Positions 27,221 through 36,726 of a stretch of DNA of 64,000 nucleotides are shown here, one piece after another (position 1 is the stretch's first letter; every line of letters begins with the position of its first letter). The stretch is from Candidatus Aenigmatarchaeota archaeon (GTDB lineage Archaea; Aenigmatarchaeota; Aenigmatarchaeia; QMZS01): the NCBI GenBank assembly GCA_023134135.1, contig JAGLVB010000005.1, forward strand, positions 19,715 to 83,714, written 5' to 3'. The notes beneath the pieces are model-generated. The model made no database searches, was not told the DNA's origin, and was given only the letters and a program-made list of their open reading frames with translations. The translations under genes were made by a program, and so were the position numbers.

Positions 27221-29596
27221 ATGAAAAAAATTGCGTTAATATTCTTATTTCAATTTTTGTTATTTCCCTGTTTTGGGCAGATTGTGATTAATGAAATAAG
27301 GTACAATCCTACAACTGAACAAGGAAGTGATTATTACTCAGAATGGATAGAAATCTATAATCCAACAAATGATTCTATAAATTTGAGTGATTGGGAACTT
27401 TGCGGAAAAGAATTATTGGCTGGATATCTTAATCACACAAGTTCTGGAGGGGAAGGACCTTATTTAGATAAAGGGATTATCTTCCTACCAAAACAGTATG
27501 CAATTATTACAGACGGTGGAAGTGGAACAAAAGTTTATCAGTACTTTAATATCCCTAATGACTCTTTGGCTTTGCATGTTGATTCGTCAACATTATGTAA
27601 AGGAGGCCAAGGTTTAAGCAATTCCGGAGAAACAATAAATCTGACAGATAATTTTGGTAATCTAATAGATTCTGTAACTTATGATAGTACTTGGGGTGCA
27701 AATGGAGATGGAAATTCTCTTCAAAGAATTAACCAAAGCCAAAATCTTTCTAACAATCCAACAAACTGGATTGCCCTTCCGCCAAGTCCGGGAGAACAGA
27801 ATTTTTATGAAAATGCGACATTGGAACTTTTAGATATTTCAACAGAAGAAGAAATTTATGCCAATAAGACAACAATAATTCTTGTTAAAATATTAAATCG
27901 CGGAAAAGAGAATGCAACAGATATTTCTGTTAATCTGTCTATAAACAACATTTATAATAATTCAGCAACAGTAAATATCTCAGGAATAAATATTGCAGAA
28001 ATTCAATTTGAATGGATCCCAACCCATTCAGGAAATTATACAATACTTGCTTCTTTGGATGGACAAACTATAAATAATACAATTTCTGTTTTACCCCAAA
28101 TCCAGAAAAATACAACTTTGGATATTTGCCTTGAGACTAAAATTCTTTTGGACTTGGAATATACTTCACTATTTAAAATCACAATTGAAAACAAAGATAA
28201 TTGTTCAGTAAAAGATAATATAACAATTCAATATAACATCACAAACTCAACATATGAACTGATAAAAGAAAATAATTTTACCCGCGAGATTGGTTGCAGC
28301 GGGTATTCAAATACAGGGGAATGGACTCCAAACCAGACGGGAAATTTCACGCTTTGCGGGAGAATAATAAATGTAACAACCAACTTCAACAACACGCCGG
28401 TTTGCAAAAATATAACTGTGATTAATCCAAAAACAATTCCCTGCAATTTAACTATCAAAATTTCATCTCCTCTAATTTGGTCTGTAAATGAAAAATCAAA
28501 ATATTATATTTTCGTAAATGATTCTTCTGGAAATTATTCAGACAAGCAGATAGAAATAACTTACTGGATAGAAGATTATTTTGGAAATTATATAAAGAAA
28601 CCTTACATTACTACAAGTATAGAAACAAATGAAAACAAGTCAAGAGATTACACCCCAAAACTTGACTGTGGAACAGCAGTTTATCTGATAAAAGCAAATA
28701 TAACAAACACATACTGCAATGATACAACTCAGGAAGATAATTTAGCTGAAAAAATGATTCTCCTTATTGGAGATAAAGAATGCGAACCATGCCCCACCTG
28801 CAAAAAATGCTCTTCTTCGGAAAAGAAAGAATCCGTAAAACCGTCAAATCTAAATATTGATATTTTAAATTTAACAGACATTTTAGCCAGAAACCAGGAA
28901 TTCACAACTACTGTAAAACTCAAAAACAATTTTGGGAAGAAAATCTCATTTGAAATTTATTCTTATATTTTTGACGGTTCTGATTGCTTAACGGGTAGTT
29001 GGCTGGCAAATCTAAAGAAAATTAAATTAAATAAAGATGGAGAAAGAATAATTAATCTAACAAATAAAGTTGAAAAAGATGTCAAGCCATGGTATTATTT
29101 TTTTAGAATTAAAATAAAATTGGAAGATGGATCTAAGATAGATAAAACAGAACAAATTAAAATTACAAACAAAATTTTAAAGAGTAAAAAAGAGATGAAA
29201 GAAATCCCAAAACTAAATATATGGGATGATGAAAAATTAAGAATTAACCTGTCTGATTGCAAAGGGTGCAAGATGATAATAGTCGGTCCTGATTTTTACG
29301 CAATCACCGGCAGGAAATACAGGGTCTTCAAAGATTTTGGGAGATACTATATCTTTGCCATTAAAGACAGCGAGGTAATCCTCAATGAAACTTATTCGTG
29401 GGGAAAAGAAGAAAGGTTGGATAATTCAGAAAACACATTTGCAAATAAAAATCTCAATCAACCATCCAACAAAACAACCAATAAAATAACAGGAAAAGTT
29501 TCTGAAATAAATTCTGATTGGACTAAAGAATTTCTCAGTAAATTCATTGAATTGTTTTCACCTTTAATTAAATTGATGGAGGAATCAATACAGTAA
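27221..29596 (+). CDS. Secreted lamin-tail-domain (LTD) protein with multiple Ig-like/CARDB-like repeats
   Basis: Signal peptide followed by IVINEIRYNP...SEWIEIYNPTNDSINLSDWEL, the LTD signature. Sequon-rich 791-aa body. Confidence 0.7.
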   Translation: MKKIALIFLFQFLLFPCFGQIVINEIRYNPTTEQGSDYYSEWIEIYNPTNDSINLSDWELCGKELLAGYLNHTSSGGEGPYLDKGIIFLPKQYAIITDGGSGTKVYQYFNIPNDSLALHVDSSTLCKGGQGLSNSGETINLTDNFGNLIDSVTYDSTWGANGDGNSLQRINQSQNLSNNPTNWIALPPSPGEQNFYENATLELLDISTEEEIYANKTTIILVKILNRGKENATDISVNLSINNIYNNSATVNISGINIAEIQFEWIPTHSGNYTILASLDGQTINNTISVLPQIQKNTTLDICLETKILLDLEYTSLFKITIENKDNCSVKDNITIQYNITNSTYELIKENNFTREIGCSGYSNTGEWTPNQTGNFTLCGRIINVTTNFNNTPVCKNITVINPKTIPCNLTIKISSPLIWSVNEKSKYYIFVNDSSGNYSDKQIEITYWIEDYFGNYIKKPYITTSIETNENKSRDYTPKLDCGTAVYLIKANITNTYCNDTTQEDNLAEKMILLIGDKECEPCPTCKKCSSSEKKESVKPSNLNIDILNLTDILARNQEFTTTVKLKNNFGKKISFEIYSYIFDGSDCLTGSWLANLKKIKLNKDGERIINLTNKVEKDVKPWYYFFRIKIKLEDGSKIDKTEQIKITNKILKSKKEMKEIPKLNIWDDEKLRINLSDCKGCKMIIVGPDFYAITGRKYRVFKDFGRYYIFAIKDSEVILNETYSWGKEERLDNSENTFANKNLNQPSNKTTNKITGKVSEINSDWTKEFLSKFIELFSPLIKLMEESIQ

Positions 29597-29601
29597 AATA
29601 T

Positions 29602-30252
29602 TTATAAATCAGACTTCCTTTTTTTCAATAGGTAAATAAAATTTTTTATTCCTTCAAAAACAGTTACTCCTTTTCTGTAAACAGGCGACTCTATATTAAT
29701 TGTAGTATATTTTAATTTATTTTTGCCAACTTCATAAATAATCTCGCTTTCAATGTGGTAACATTTTGCCTTCAGATTCATTTTTTTGACTGCCTCCACT
29801 GAAAAAGCTTTGTACCCGCTTTCAGTATCTTTTAATTTTGTCCCGCAAATAAAATTTGTAAGATTGTTCAGGCAAAAATTTCCAAACTTTTTAATCCACG
29901 GATATTTTTCAAGATTTCTTGAGCCAAGAACAAAATCATAACCTTCTTCTATTTTCTTTACAAATCTTGGAATATCTTCGGGCGAATGTTGCAAATCCGC
30001 ATCCAAAGTAACTATTATATCAGCGCCAAGAAATATTGCTCTTTTAATTCCTTTCCTCTTTGAATACCCAACACCTTGGTTTTTTTTATTTACCAATACT
30101 TTAGCCCCTTCCTTCCTTGCCAGTTCGCCAGTGTTATCCTTAGAACCATCATCAATAACCACTATTTCATCCACAAATTTTCTGGTTCTTTTCACAACCT
30201 CTGCGATTGTCTTCTCTTCATTATAAGCGGGAATAACTGCAATTACTTTCAT
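29602..30252 (-). CDS. Glycosyltransferase family 2 (dolichyl-phosphate sugar synthase-like)
   Basis: MKVIAVIPAYNEE, VIDDGSKD and LDADLQH motifs. Start placed at the internal Met; the track ORF to 30288 would overlap kae1. Confidence 0.85.
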   Translation of the reverse strand: MKVIAVIPAYNEEKTIAEVVKRTRKFVDEIVVIDDGSKDNTGELARKEGAKVLVNKKNQGVGYSKRKGIKRAIFLGADIIVTLDADLQHSPEDIPRFVKKIEEGYDFVLGSRNLEKYPWIKKFGNFCLNNLTNFICGTKLKDTESGYKAFSVEAVKKMNLKAKCYHIESEIIYEVGKNKLKYTTINIESPVYRKGVTVFEGIKNFIYLLKKRKSDL

Positions 30253-30262
30253 TATATTATTT

Positions 30263-31204
30263 ATGAAAGTTATAGGAATTGAAAGCACAGCCCATACTTT
30301 TGGAATCGGGGTGGTAGATGAGAAATTTAATGTGCTTGCTGACGAGAGAGTGCATTATTCCCCGAAAGAAGGTATAATTCCCATTGAAGCCGCGCAATTC
30401 CATGAAAAAAATGCCGCAGGACTTCTTAAAAAAATAGAGGATAAAATTGACCTGAAAGAGATAGATTTAATAGGGCTTTCTTTCGGACCCGGACTGCCGC
30501 CATGTCTATATTATGGTCTGAAATTTGCGAAAGACCTGTCAAAGAAATTGGGAAAACCTTTGATTAGCGTAAATCATTGTCAGGCGCATATAGAAATAGG
30601 AAAAATAATGACTATGCTGAAATCACCTGTTACTTTATATGTTTCCGGCGGCAATACCCAGATTATTTATGAAAATGAAGGTTACAAAATTCTTGGCGAA
30701 ACTCAGGATATTGGAATCGGCAATGCAATAGATAAACTTGGGCGGGCAGCCGGGTTGAGTTTTCCGGCAGGTCCGAAAATTGAAAAAATTGCAAGAAAAG
30801 GGAAATTTGTTATGTTGCCATATTCAGTAAAAGGAATGGACTTAAATTTTTCAGGAATTTTATCTGAATCAATAAGAAGATTTGAAAAAGGAGATAACAA
30901 AGAAAATATATTTTACTCTTTTCAGGAAGTCTGCTTTGCAATGCTTACTGAAATAACTGAAAGAGCAATCGCGGCAACAGAAAAAAAAGAATTGTTGTTA
31001 GTTGGCGGAGTTGCCCAGAACAACAGACTTCAGGAAATGCTGGAAATTATGTGCAAAGACAGGAAAGCAAAATTTGAGGTTGTGCCAAAAGAATTTGCCG
31101 GAGACAACGGGACGATGATTGCAATGACTGCTTTGGTGAATTACAGAGCTAAAAAATTAGGAGAAGTTGAAATAAAACCTAATTGGAGGGTTGATAATAT
31201 ATAA
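30263..31204 (+). CDS. kae1: tRNA N6-adenosine threonylcarbamoyltransferase Kae1
   Basis: MKVIGIESTAHTFGIGVV, VNHCQAHIE and LYVSGGNTQ motifs of the Kae1/TsaD family. No Bud32 fusion. Confidence 0.9.
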   Translation: MKVIGIESTAHTFGIGVVDEKFNVLADERVHYSPKEGIIPIEAAQFHEKNAAGLLKKIEDKIDLKEIDLIGLSFGPGLPPCLYYGLKFAKDLSKKLGKPLISVNHCQAHIEIGKIMTMLKSPVTLYVSGGNTQIIYENEGYKILGETQDIGIGNAIDKLGRAAGLSFPAGPKIEKIARKGKFVMLPYSVKGMDLNFSGILSESIRRFEKGDNKENIFYSFQEVCFAMLTEITERAIAATEKKELLLVGGVAQNNRLQEMLEIMCKDRKAKFEVVPKEFAGDNGTMIAMTALVNYRAKKLGEVEIKPNWRVDNI

Positions 31205-31219
31205 ATAATTATTATTATT

Positions 31220-31507
31220 ATGGCAAAACAAGAATTAAAAAGTATTGGTGTGCTAAGTTTCGCAGTGGTTCTTGGATTAATGGAAGCTCTAATTGGTCTG
31301 GTAATGGGAATCTTTATAGCAGTAGGCGGAGTATTGATTGGCTCTATGCTTGGTGGAGCTGCTGAGGGAGGAATAATCGGAATATTTGCAATAATAGTCT
31401 ATCCAATAATGTTTTTCATAATGGGTTTCCTCGGAGGAGCAATTGTTGCATTAGTATACAATTTCGTTGCTGACAAATACAAAGGAATTGAATTGGAATT
31501 TATATAA
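31220..31507 (+). CDS. Small glycine-rich membrane protein
   Basis: 95 aa with three hydrophobic, glycine-zipper-like segments. Confidence 0.45.
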   Translation: MAKQELKSIGVLSFAVVLGLMEALIGLVMGIFIAVGGVLIGSMLGGAAEGGIIGIFAIIVYPIMFFIMGFLGGAIVALVYNFVADKYKGIELEFI

Positions 31508-31537
31508 TTTGTTTTTAATTTTCTTTTTTATGTTATT

Positions 31538-32305
31538 ATGAATTTAGGAGATAGTATAAACAAGGGTTTAATATTTTGCATTAATCCGAAAAGATGGTTT
31601 CCTTTTTTCCTGATGGACCTGCTGGGATTGTCGCTTATTCTGGGTATTTTCAACAACGCAAATTTATTTAGTTCACCGAATATTTTATCAGGAATTTATG
31701 TATTTTCCATTATGTTTTTGGAAATTATTATAGTATCTATTTTATTGTTTGTTATAAACCTTGTGCTTAAAGGCGCAGTCATACATCAAAGCTACAAAGA
31801 AAAAGAATATAAAAAAAGTTTTTTAAATTCCTACCGCAAAATACCCTCATTAATCATGGCAAGTATAATTATAATTGCAATAAATCTGTTCGCGATTTCA
31901 ATACCTTACTTTGGATTAATTTTTATATTTATATCCATTCTTGCGTTCTATTTTGTATACCAAAATATAATCATAAAAAATATGGGATTTGCCAATAGTC
32001 TCGAATATTCATTTGAGTTGTTCAAAAAGAGATGCAGTTCTCTGATAATAATTTATTTTGCTCTTGGTATTTTATCCTGCATTCTCAGCCTGATGTTTTC
32101 AATACCTTTAATTTATATGATTTTTACAATATTAATTTCCGGAGGGGAAATTGTATTAAATCCTATAACCGCCATCAGTTTAAATCTTAATGAATTATTT
32201 ATCTGCCTTTTAATAAGCATGATTGGGAAATCCATATCGCGGGTTTTTTACATAAAAACGCAAACTGAAATTTATTTGCAGATTATAAAGAAAAAAGCAA
32301 AATAA
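31538..32305 (+). CDS. Polytopic membrane protein, unknown function
   Basis: 255 aa with five or six TM segments. Confidence 0.45.
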   Translation: MNLGDSINKGLIFCINPKRWFPFFLMDLLGLSLILGIFNNANLFSSPNILSGIYVFSIMFLEIIIVSILLFVINLVLKGAVIHQSYKEKEYKKSFLNSYRKIPSLIMASIIIIAINLFAISIPYFGLIFIFISILAFYFVYQNIIIKNMGFANSLEYSFELFKKRCSSLIIIYFALGILSCILSLMFSIPLIYMIFTILISGGEIVLNPITAISLNLNELFICLLISMIGKSISRVFYIKTQTEIYLQIIKKKAK

Positions 32306-32337
32306 AGGGTTTTATATTATATTTTTAAAATAATTTT

Positions 32338-32703
32338 ATGGTAGAAGTAAGAACCCTTAAAGAAGGAAATTATATCAAAATAGATGGAGAACCCTGCAAA
32401 ATTATAAATAAAACAAGCGGAAAGACTAGTAAACACGGCGGAGCTAAGGCAACTGTAATCGCTGTGGGTGTTTTTGACGGAAAAAAAAGGGAATATGTGG
32501 GTCCAGTGTCTTCAAATGTGGAAGTTCCAATGATTCTAAAAAAGAAAGGACAAGTGGTAAGCGTTCAGGGAGATACAGCCCAAATAATGGATCTGGAATC
32601 TTACGAAATGTTTGATTTGTCCACTGGAGGAGAAAAACTAAAAGAAGGAGAAGAAGTCGCATATATTGATGTAGAAGGGAAAAAAGCTTTATTTAACAGA
32701 TAA
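32338..32703 (+). CDS. eif5a: Translation initiation factor 5A (aIF5A)
   Basis: GNYIKIDGEPCKI...GKTSKHGGAKA contains the hypusine loop. 121 aa. Confidence 0.9.
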   Translation: MVEVRTLKEGNYIKIDGEPCKIINKTSGKTSKHGGAKATVIAVGVFDGKKREYVGPVSSNVEVPMILKKKGQVVSVQGDTAQIMDLESYEMFDLSTGGEKLKEGEEVAYIDVEGKKALFNR

Positions 32704-32747
32704 TTTTAATTTTATAAATCTTTATAGCAAATTATTTTAGAGATATT

Positions 32748-33074
32748 ATGAACAAACAAGTTATTATTTTAAGCATGGCTCTTATTCTCCTGATAAGTAT
32801 TATCTATTTTTTTGCTCCCGGAACTTATCAAAACGATTTCAACTGTAATACTTATTGCACCCTGCAATATTGGGATGGAGGTGTTTGTGAATGGCCTATC
32901 TTTATGGAAAAAGATAAATTTGAAGCGTGGGTAATTAAAATAAACAAACCTGAATTAACATTTCCATATTCCAGTGTTATGAATATGGGTCCGTGCGTGG
33001 TGAAAATTTTTAGTTCTCATTCCATCCACTGCGGCAGCGAAGGTCAATGCAATTGTTACTGTTTCAATAAATAA
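32748..33074 (+). CDS. Small secreted cysteine-rich protein
   Basis: Signal/anchor helix, then 9 Cys in about 80 aa, ending GSEGQCNCYCFNK. Confidence 0.4.
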   Translation: MNKQVIILSMALILLISIIYFFAPGTYQNDFNCNTYCTLQYWDGGVCEWPIFMEKDKFEAWVIKINKPELTFPYSSVMNMGPCVVKIFSSHSIHCGSEGQCNCYCFNK

Positions 33075-33081
33075 AAATAAT

Positions 33082-33753
33082 CTAAAAAATTCTGAACTTT
33101 GCCTTCTCAATTCCTTTTTCAGTAATCTCAATTTCCGCTTTTTTTCCTTCAGGCAAACTCCGGTGTTTTCTCAAAATTGCAAGTCTCCGGTTGTCATCAA
33201 CTTTTTTCAGTTCAATCAAACACTTGCTCCAATATTTTACAACATCTCTTCCGGACAATTCTATTTCATCTGAGTTCACAGAATAAACCTGATTTGTAAT
33301 CATAACTGGTATATCCTTTTCCTTCGCCAAAAAAGACAAGAATGCGAGTTGCTTTGCAAGAGCTTTATTTATTTCCGTGAAATTCTCTTTGTTAATTTCA
33401 AGACGATACAACGAAACAACAGAATCAACAATGATTAATTTTAAATCCAAATCCTTCAATTTCTGAACTACTTTTATCTGCTCTTTGAAACTGGATGGAT
33501 TTTGATATAAAATATGTTTTAGGTCTTCTTTGGTTCCGCCCATCTGAAAAAATCTCTCTGTTGAAAAACCATTCTCTGTGTCTATATACCCGACTTTTCC
33601 TTCCTTCAGACCTGATAAAGCAAACAATAAAGTTAAATTTGTTTTCCCTGAACCCGGAGGTCCGTACACATTTGTTATTGCTCCATGCTCTATGCCTCCG
33701 TTCAACAAAGTATCAATAACTTCTGCTCCTGAAGACAATCTGTTTATCTGCAT
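33082..33753 (-). CDS. radB: DNA repair and recombination protein RadB
   Basis: GGIEHGAITNVYGPPGSGKTNL Walker A, LIIVDS Walker B. 223 aa with no N-terminal HhH domain. Confidence 0.85.
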   Translation of the reverse strand: MQINRLSSGAEVIDTLLNGGIEHGAITNVYGPPGSGKTNLTLLFALSGLKEGKVGYIDTENGFSTERFFQMGGTKEDLKHILYQNPSSFKEQIKVVQKLKDLDLKLIIVDSVVSLYRLEINKENFTEINKALAKQLAFLSFLAKEKDIPVMITNQVYSVNSDEIELSGRDVVKYWSKCLIELKKVDDNRRLAILRKHRSLPEGKKAEIEITEKGIEKAKFRIF

Positions 33754-33783
33754 AACTTAACTTCTTTAAGAAATATATCTGAG

Positions 33784-34383
33784 TTACTTAAGATATTTCC
33801 ACCCCTCATTAATTACAGGAATTCCTCTCAATACGCAGGTTATTACCACTAAAACAATCAACGGTGAAATTATGTCATGAATTAACTGAGAATTTATTGT
33901 AAGGCTTGCTGTTAAAAACATAAAAAGCATCATTTTTGAGATTCCATAAAATCCCCTCATCGCCCGAGAACTTACAATTAATTTGCCTGTTTTCGTTTTA
34001 ATCATGTCATAAGTTCCCTTTTGTTTCATAAGCGCCTGCGCGCGTATTAAATCAGTAATCATACCTCTTGAAATTACTATTAAAGGCGCCCACAATGGAA
34101 CAAGACCTAACGACAGGAAGAACAACCAGAAAGATAATTCTGTAATCCTGTCTGCAATTACATCCACATGACTGCCTATTTTTGTTTTTAGATTAAACTT
34201 TACTGCAACCCACCCGTCAAGAAAATCCATGAAAAAAATAATCAGACACAATAATATTGCCAGATTCTTTAGAAATATATCTCCATAAAGCAGGATTAAT
34301 ATATAAACAGGCAATAACAATACGCGTGCAATAGAAATTGCATTCGCAAAGTTAAAGAAAGGTATCTCTTTCTTTTTATCCAT
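33784..34383 (-). CDS. CDP-alcohol phosphatidyltransferase
   Basis: MDFLDGWVAVK...GSHVDVIADR fits the D-x2-DG-x2-A...G-x3-D-x3-D motif. Polytopic. Confidence 0.75.
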   Translation of the reverse strand: MDKKKEIPFFNFANAISIARVLLLPVYILILLYGDIFLKNLAILLCLIIFFMDFLDGWVAVKFNLKTKIGSHVDVIADRITELSFWLFFLSLGLVPLWAPLIVISRGMITDLIRAQALMKQKGTYDMIKTKTGKLIVSSRAMRGFYGISKMMLFMFLTASLTINSQLIHDIISPLIVLVVITCVLRGIPVINEGWKYLK

Positions 34384-34443
34384 AAACCTAATTGTTCTTA
34401 TTTTTATAATTTAATCATATCTAACTGTCTGACTAATAATTAT

Positions 34444-35094
34444 ATGGAACTAAAACTTGATTTGCATATACACACAAAATATTCCAATGATGGGTTTATG
34501 GGAATTCCAGAACTTATCAAACAGGCAAAAAAAAGGGGGCTGTCAGGTATTGCAATTACAGACCATGACACCTGCAAGGGTTTGGATGAAGCCTTGAAAA
34601 TCGGAAAAAAAGAAAAGTTTCTTATTATCCCTGGCATTGAAATAAAATCAAAGCACGGGGACATTCTTGGTCTTGGTATTACAACTCCAGTCAAGCGCGG
34701 GATGAGCGCAAAGGAAACTGTTTCAAAGATACATGAACTCAGCGGGATGGCAATTGCCGCTCATCCTTATTCACTGGTTTTCCATCCGAGCGGAGTAGGA
34801 GGGAAAGTGAAAACTGCGGGGTTCGATGCAATTGAAATTTTTAACTCAAGAACTTATTATAGCAATAAGATTGCTGAGCAAACAGCTGAAAAATATGGTC
34901 TCTCAAAAGTGGCGTCAAGCGACTCGCATCTTATTGGAGAAATCGGAAATTCATATACAATCGTAAACTGCAAGCCGGATATTAAATCAGTCCTGAATGA
35001 AATCAAAAACGGGAGAACAAAAACAGTTGGGAGACTAACACCATTAAAATCAATTATGAATTGGTATTATCTGCGTCTTAAAAGAAGTTTGTAA
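34444..35094 (+). CDS. PHP-domain metal-dependent phosphoesterase
   Basis: LDLHIHTKYSNDG, AITDHD and the SDSH motif. Confidence 0.8.
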   Translation: MELKLDLHIHTKYSNDGFMGIPELIKQAKKRGLSGIAITDHDTCKGLDEALKIGKKEKFLIIPGIEIKSKHGDILGLGITTPVKRGMSAKETVSKIHELSGMAIAAHPYSLVFHPSGVGGKVKTAGFDAIEIFNSRTYYSNKIAEQTAEKYGLSKVASSDSHLIGEIGNSYTIVNCKPDIKSVLNEIKNGRTKTVGRLTPLKSIMNWYYLRLKRSL

Positions 35095-35178
35095 ATTATC
35101 CTTTGAGATATTTTTGATTTCAAAATTTCTATCTAAGATGTTTTAACTTTAAAAAATTCTACCTTAAAAGTTTACTCT

Positions 35179-35973
35179 TTAAAACTCTGAATCTTTTTTA
35201 CTATTTGAATTTAAAAATTTCTCCGCCACAGAATGCTCTTTGCTGGTATTTATTGGAAGCCACACTGAAGAAGGAATAATCATTGAAGTCACTTTTCTGT
35301 CTTTTGCCAAATCAGGCAAAACCGCCTGTTCAAATTCAGGATTATCTTCAGAATCCAAATCAATCTTCTTTTCTATCTCAGAATAAACTTCAGGTTCAAT
35401 CACATAAAATGCGGTATTTGTGTATTTTTGTATAAAAGGTTTTTCAACAAATTCAGTAACAAACTGTTCTGAATCTATTTCTCCAACACCATAAGGATAT
35501 TCAGTGCCTGAAGTAAATAATGCGGTTACAAGAATATCTCTGTTCTCAGTTCCGTGCAAATGATGCAAAAGCAGTTTTATCGGCAAGTTTCTGTCAAGAT
35601 ATAAATCATCAGGATAACAAACAATTGCTCTTTTGTTCCGGTCAATTTTATTGTTCGTCAAAGCATATTTTAATGCTTTTCCGCGACCTTTCATGGTTTC
35701 AGGCTCCACCGAATAAATCACTGTAATCCCGTATTTTGAACCGTCACCAATATGAGCCTCAATTTCTTCATGTTTGTATCCGAGCAAAAAAACAAAGTTT
35801 TTAAACCCGGAATTTTTTAAAAATTCCAAAGTGTAATCTATGAGACATTTTCCATTTAATTCCAGAAGAGCTTTTGGTTTATCAATTTTACCCATTCTCT
35901 TTGCTCTTCCACCGGCAATTATGATTACTTGCGTATTTTCTATCTCCTTCTTGATATTTTCAAGATTATCCAT
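35179..35973 (-). CDS. Sugar-phosphate nucleotidyltransferase
   Basis: VIIIAGGRAKRMG...KPKALLELNGK signature. Start set at MDNLENI because the track extension to 36033 would run into the tRNA gene. Confidence 0.8.
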   Translation of the reverse strand: MDNLENIKKEIENTQVIIIAGGRAKRMGKIDKPKALLELNGKCLIDYTLEFLKNSGFKNFVFLLGYKHEEIEAHIGDGSKYGITVIYSVEPETMKGRGKALKYALTNNKIDRNKRAIVCYPDDLYLDRNLPIKLLLHHLHGTENRDILVTALFTSGTEYPYGVGEIDSEQFVTEFVEKPFIQKYTNTAFYVIEPEVYSEIEKKIDLDSEDNPEFEQAVLPDLAKDRKVTSMIIPSSVWLPINTSKEHSVAEKFLNSNSKKDSEF

Positions 35974-36008
35974 ATAATTAATTAAATTTAAATTAACAAT
36001 CAATTTAT

Positions 36009-36185
36009 GGGCCCATAGTGTATTTGGTAACATGCTGCCTTCGCAGGAACCTTCCTACTTTTGTGGAACAAAAGGAGGCACCATTTGCAAAGCAAATGAG
36101 TGTTCTTTCTCAAAAGAAAGGAATAATTTTCGGAAATGGCAGAGACGCTGGGTAATAATTCTGGTATCGACTCCCAGTGGGTCCA
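36009..36185 (+). tRNA. tRNA-Ala (anticodon CGC) with intron at 37/38 and 13 extra nt in the T-loop
   Basis: Acceptor stem GGGCCCA/TGGGTCC gives G3:U70, with discriminator A. D arm is GTGT-ATTTGGTA-ACAT. Anticodon arm is CTGCC-TTCGCAT-GGCAG after removal of 36046-36136. T stem is CTGGG/CCCAG with loop TTCGACT after removal of 13 nt. The exons sum to exactly 73 nt. Confidence 0.8.
36046..36136 (+). other. tRNA-Ala intron (91 nt, canonical 37/38 position, bulge-helix-bulge)
   Basis: The central 4-bp helix (36040-43 with 36131-34) is flanked by the 3-nt bulges CA|G and AA|T. The body folds into three consecutive hairpins. Confidence 0.7.
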
Positions 36186-36338
36186 TTTAAACTTCAAAAA
36201 GTTTAATCATTTACCCTATCTTCGCATTTACACAATTTATCAGCTCGATAGGCTTTTATTGGTTGACTTGGTTAAAATATCCGCACCACGAAAAAGAAAA
36301 ACCATTAAAAAAGAAGATTGTTACTTTATTTTAGAACC

Positions 36339-36677
36339 TTAACATTCCAATTTATATTTTATAATCATCTCTCTTTCCCCATTTTTATCAATTATTTCTT
36401 TTACTTTTGGGAAAGAATCTATTAGGTTTTCTTCTAAACCCTTTTTATCTTGTAAATAATTTCTATAATTGTTTACAGCTTGTTCTATAGTAGTATTCCC
36501 TCTTGATATATCTAATACATAAGCTATTATTTCATGTGGTAGTCCATCTTTACCATAAACTTCTTCATAAACATTACCAAGTGCGTCAAGATCATCAAGA
36601 CGCCCTGTTAACCCCTCTTTCACTGCCTTCATAACCACTTCGAGTTCTTCCTTACTCATATCTATAAAATCAACCAT
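36339..36677 (-). CDS. Hypothetical protein
   Basis: 112-aa ORF with acidic, coding-like composition. No motif recognised. Confidence 0.4.
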   Translation of the reverse strand: MVDFIDMSKEELEVVMKAVKEGLTGRLDDLDALGNVYEEVYGKDGLPHEIIAYVLDISRGNTTIEQAVNNYRNYLQDKKGLEENLIDSFPKVKEIIDKNGEREMIIKYKLEC

Positions 36678-36726
36678 AATTACATTACGAAAAATTTAAA
36701 TACTCATTAATGGTGAAAAACCAAAA

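Noticed and set aside
34440-34694. ORF 34440..34694 (-) opposite the PHP gene
   Set aside because: The plus-strand ORF carries the PHP motifs (HIHTKYSNDG, ITDHD). The minus-strand ORF has none.
36186-36338. Integration-site scar downstream of the tRNA-Ala gene
   Set aside because: I found no direct repeat of the tRNA 3' end and no integrase gene. The only feature is a short AAACTT-N4-AAGTTT hairpin right after the tRNA, which is likely related to termination.
36000-36342. Track ORFs 36000..36197 (-) and 36136..36342 (+)
   Set aside because: They overlie the tRNA-Ala gene and its intron and have no protein-like motifs. The tRNA fold explains the local GC-rich sequence.
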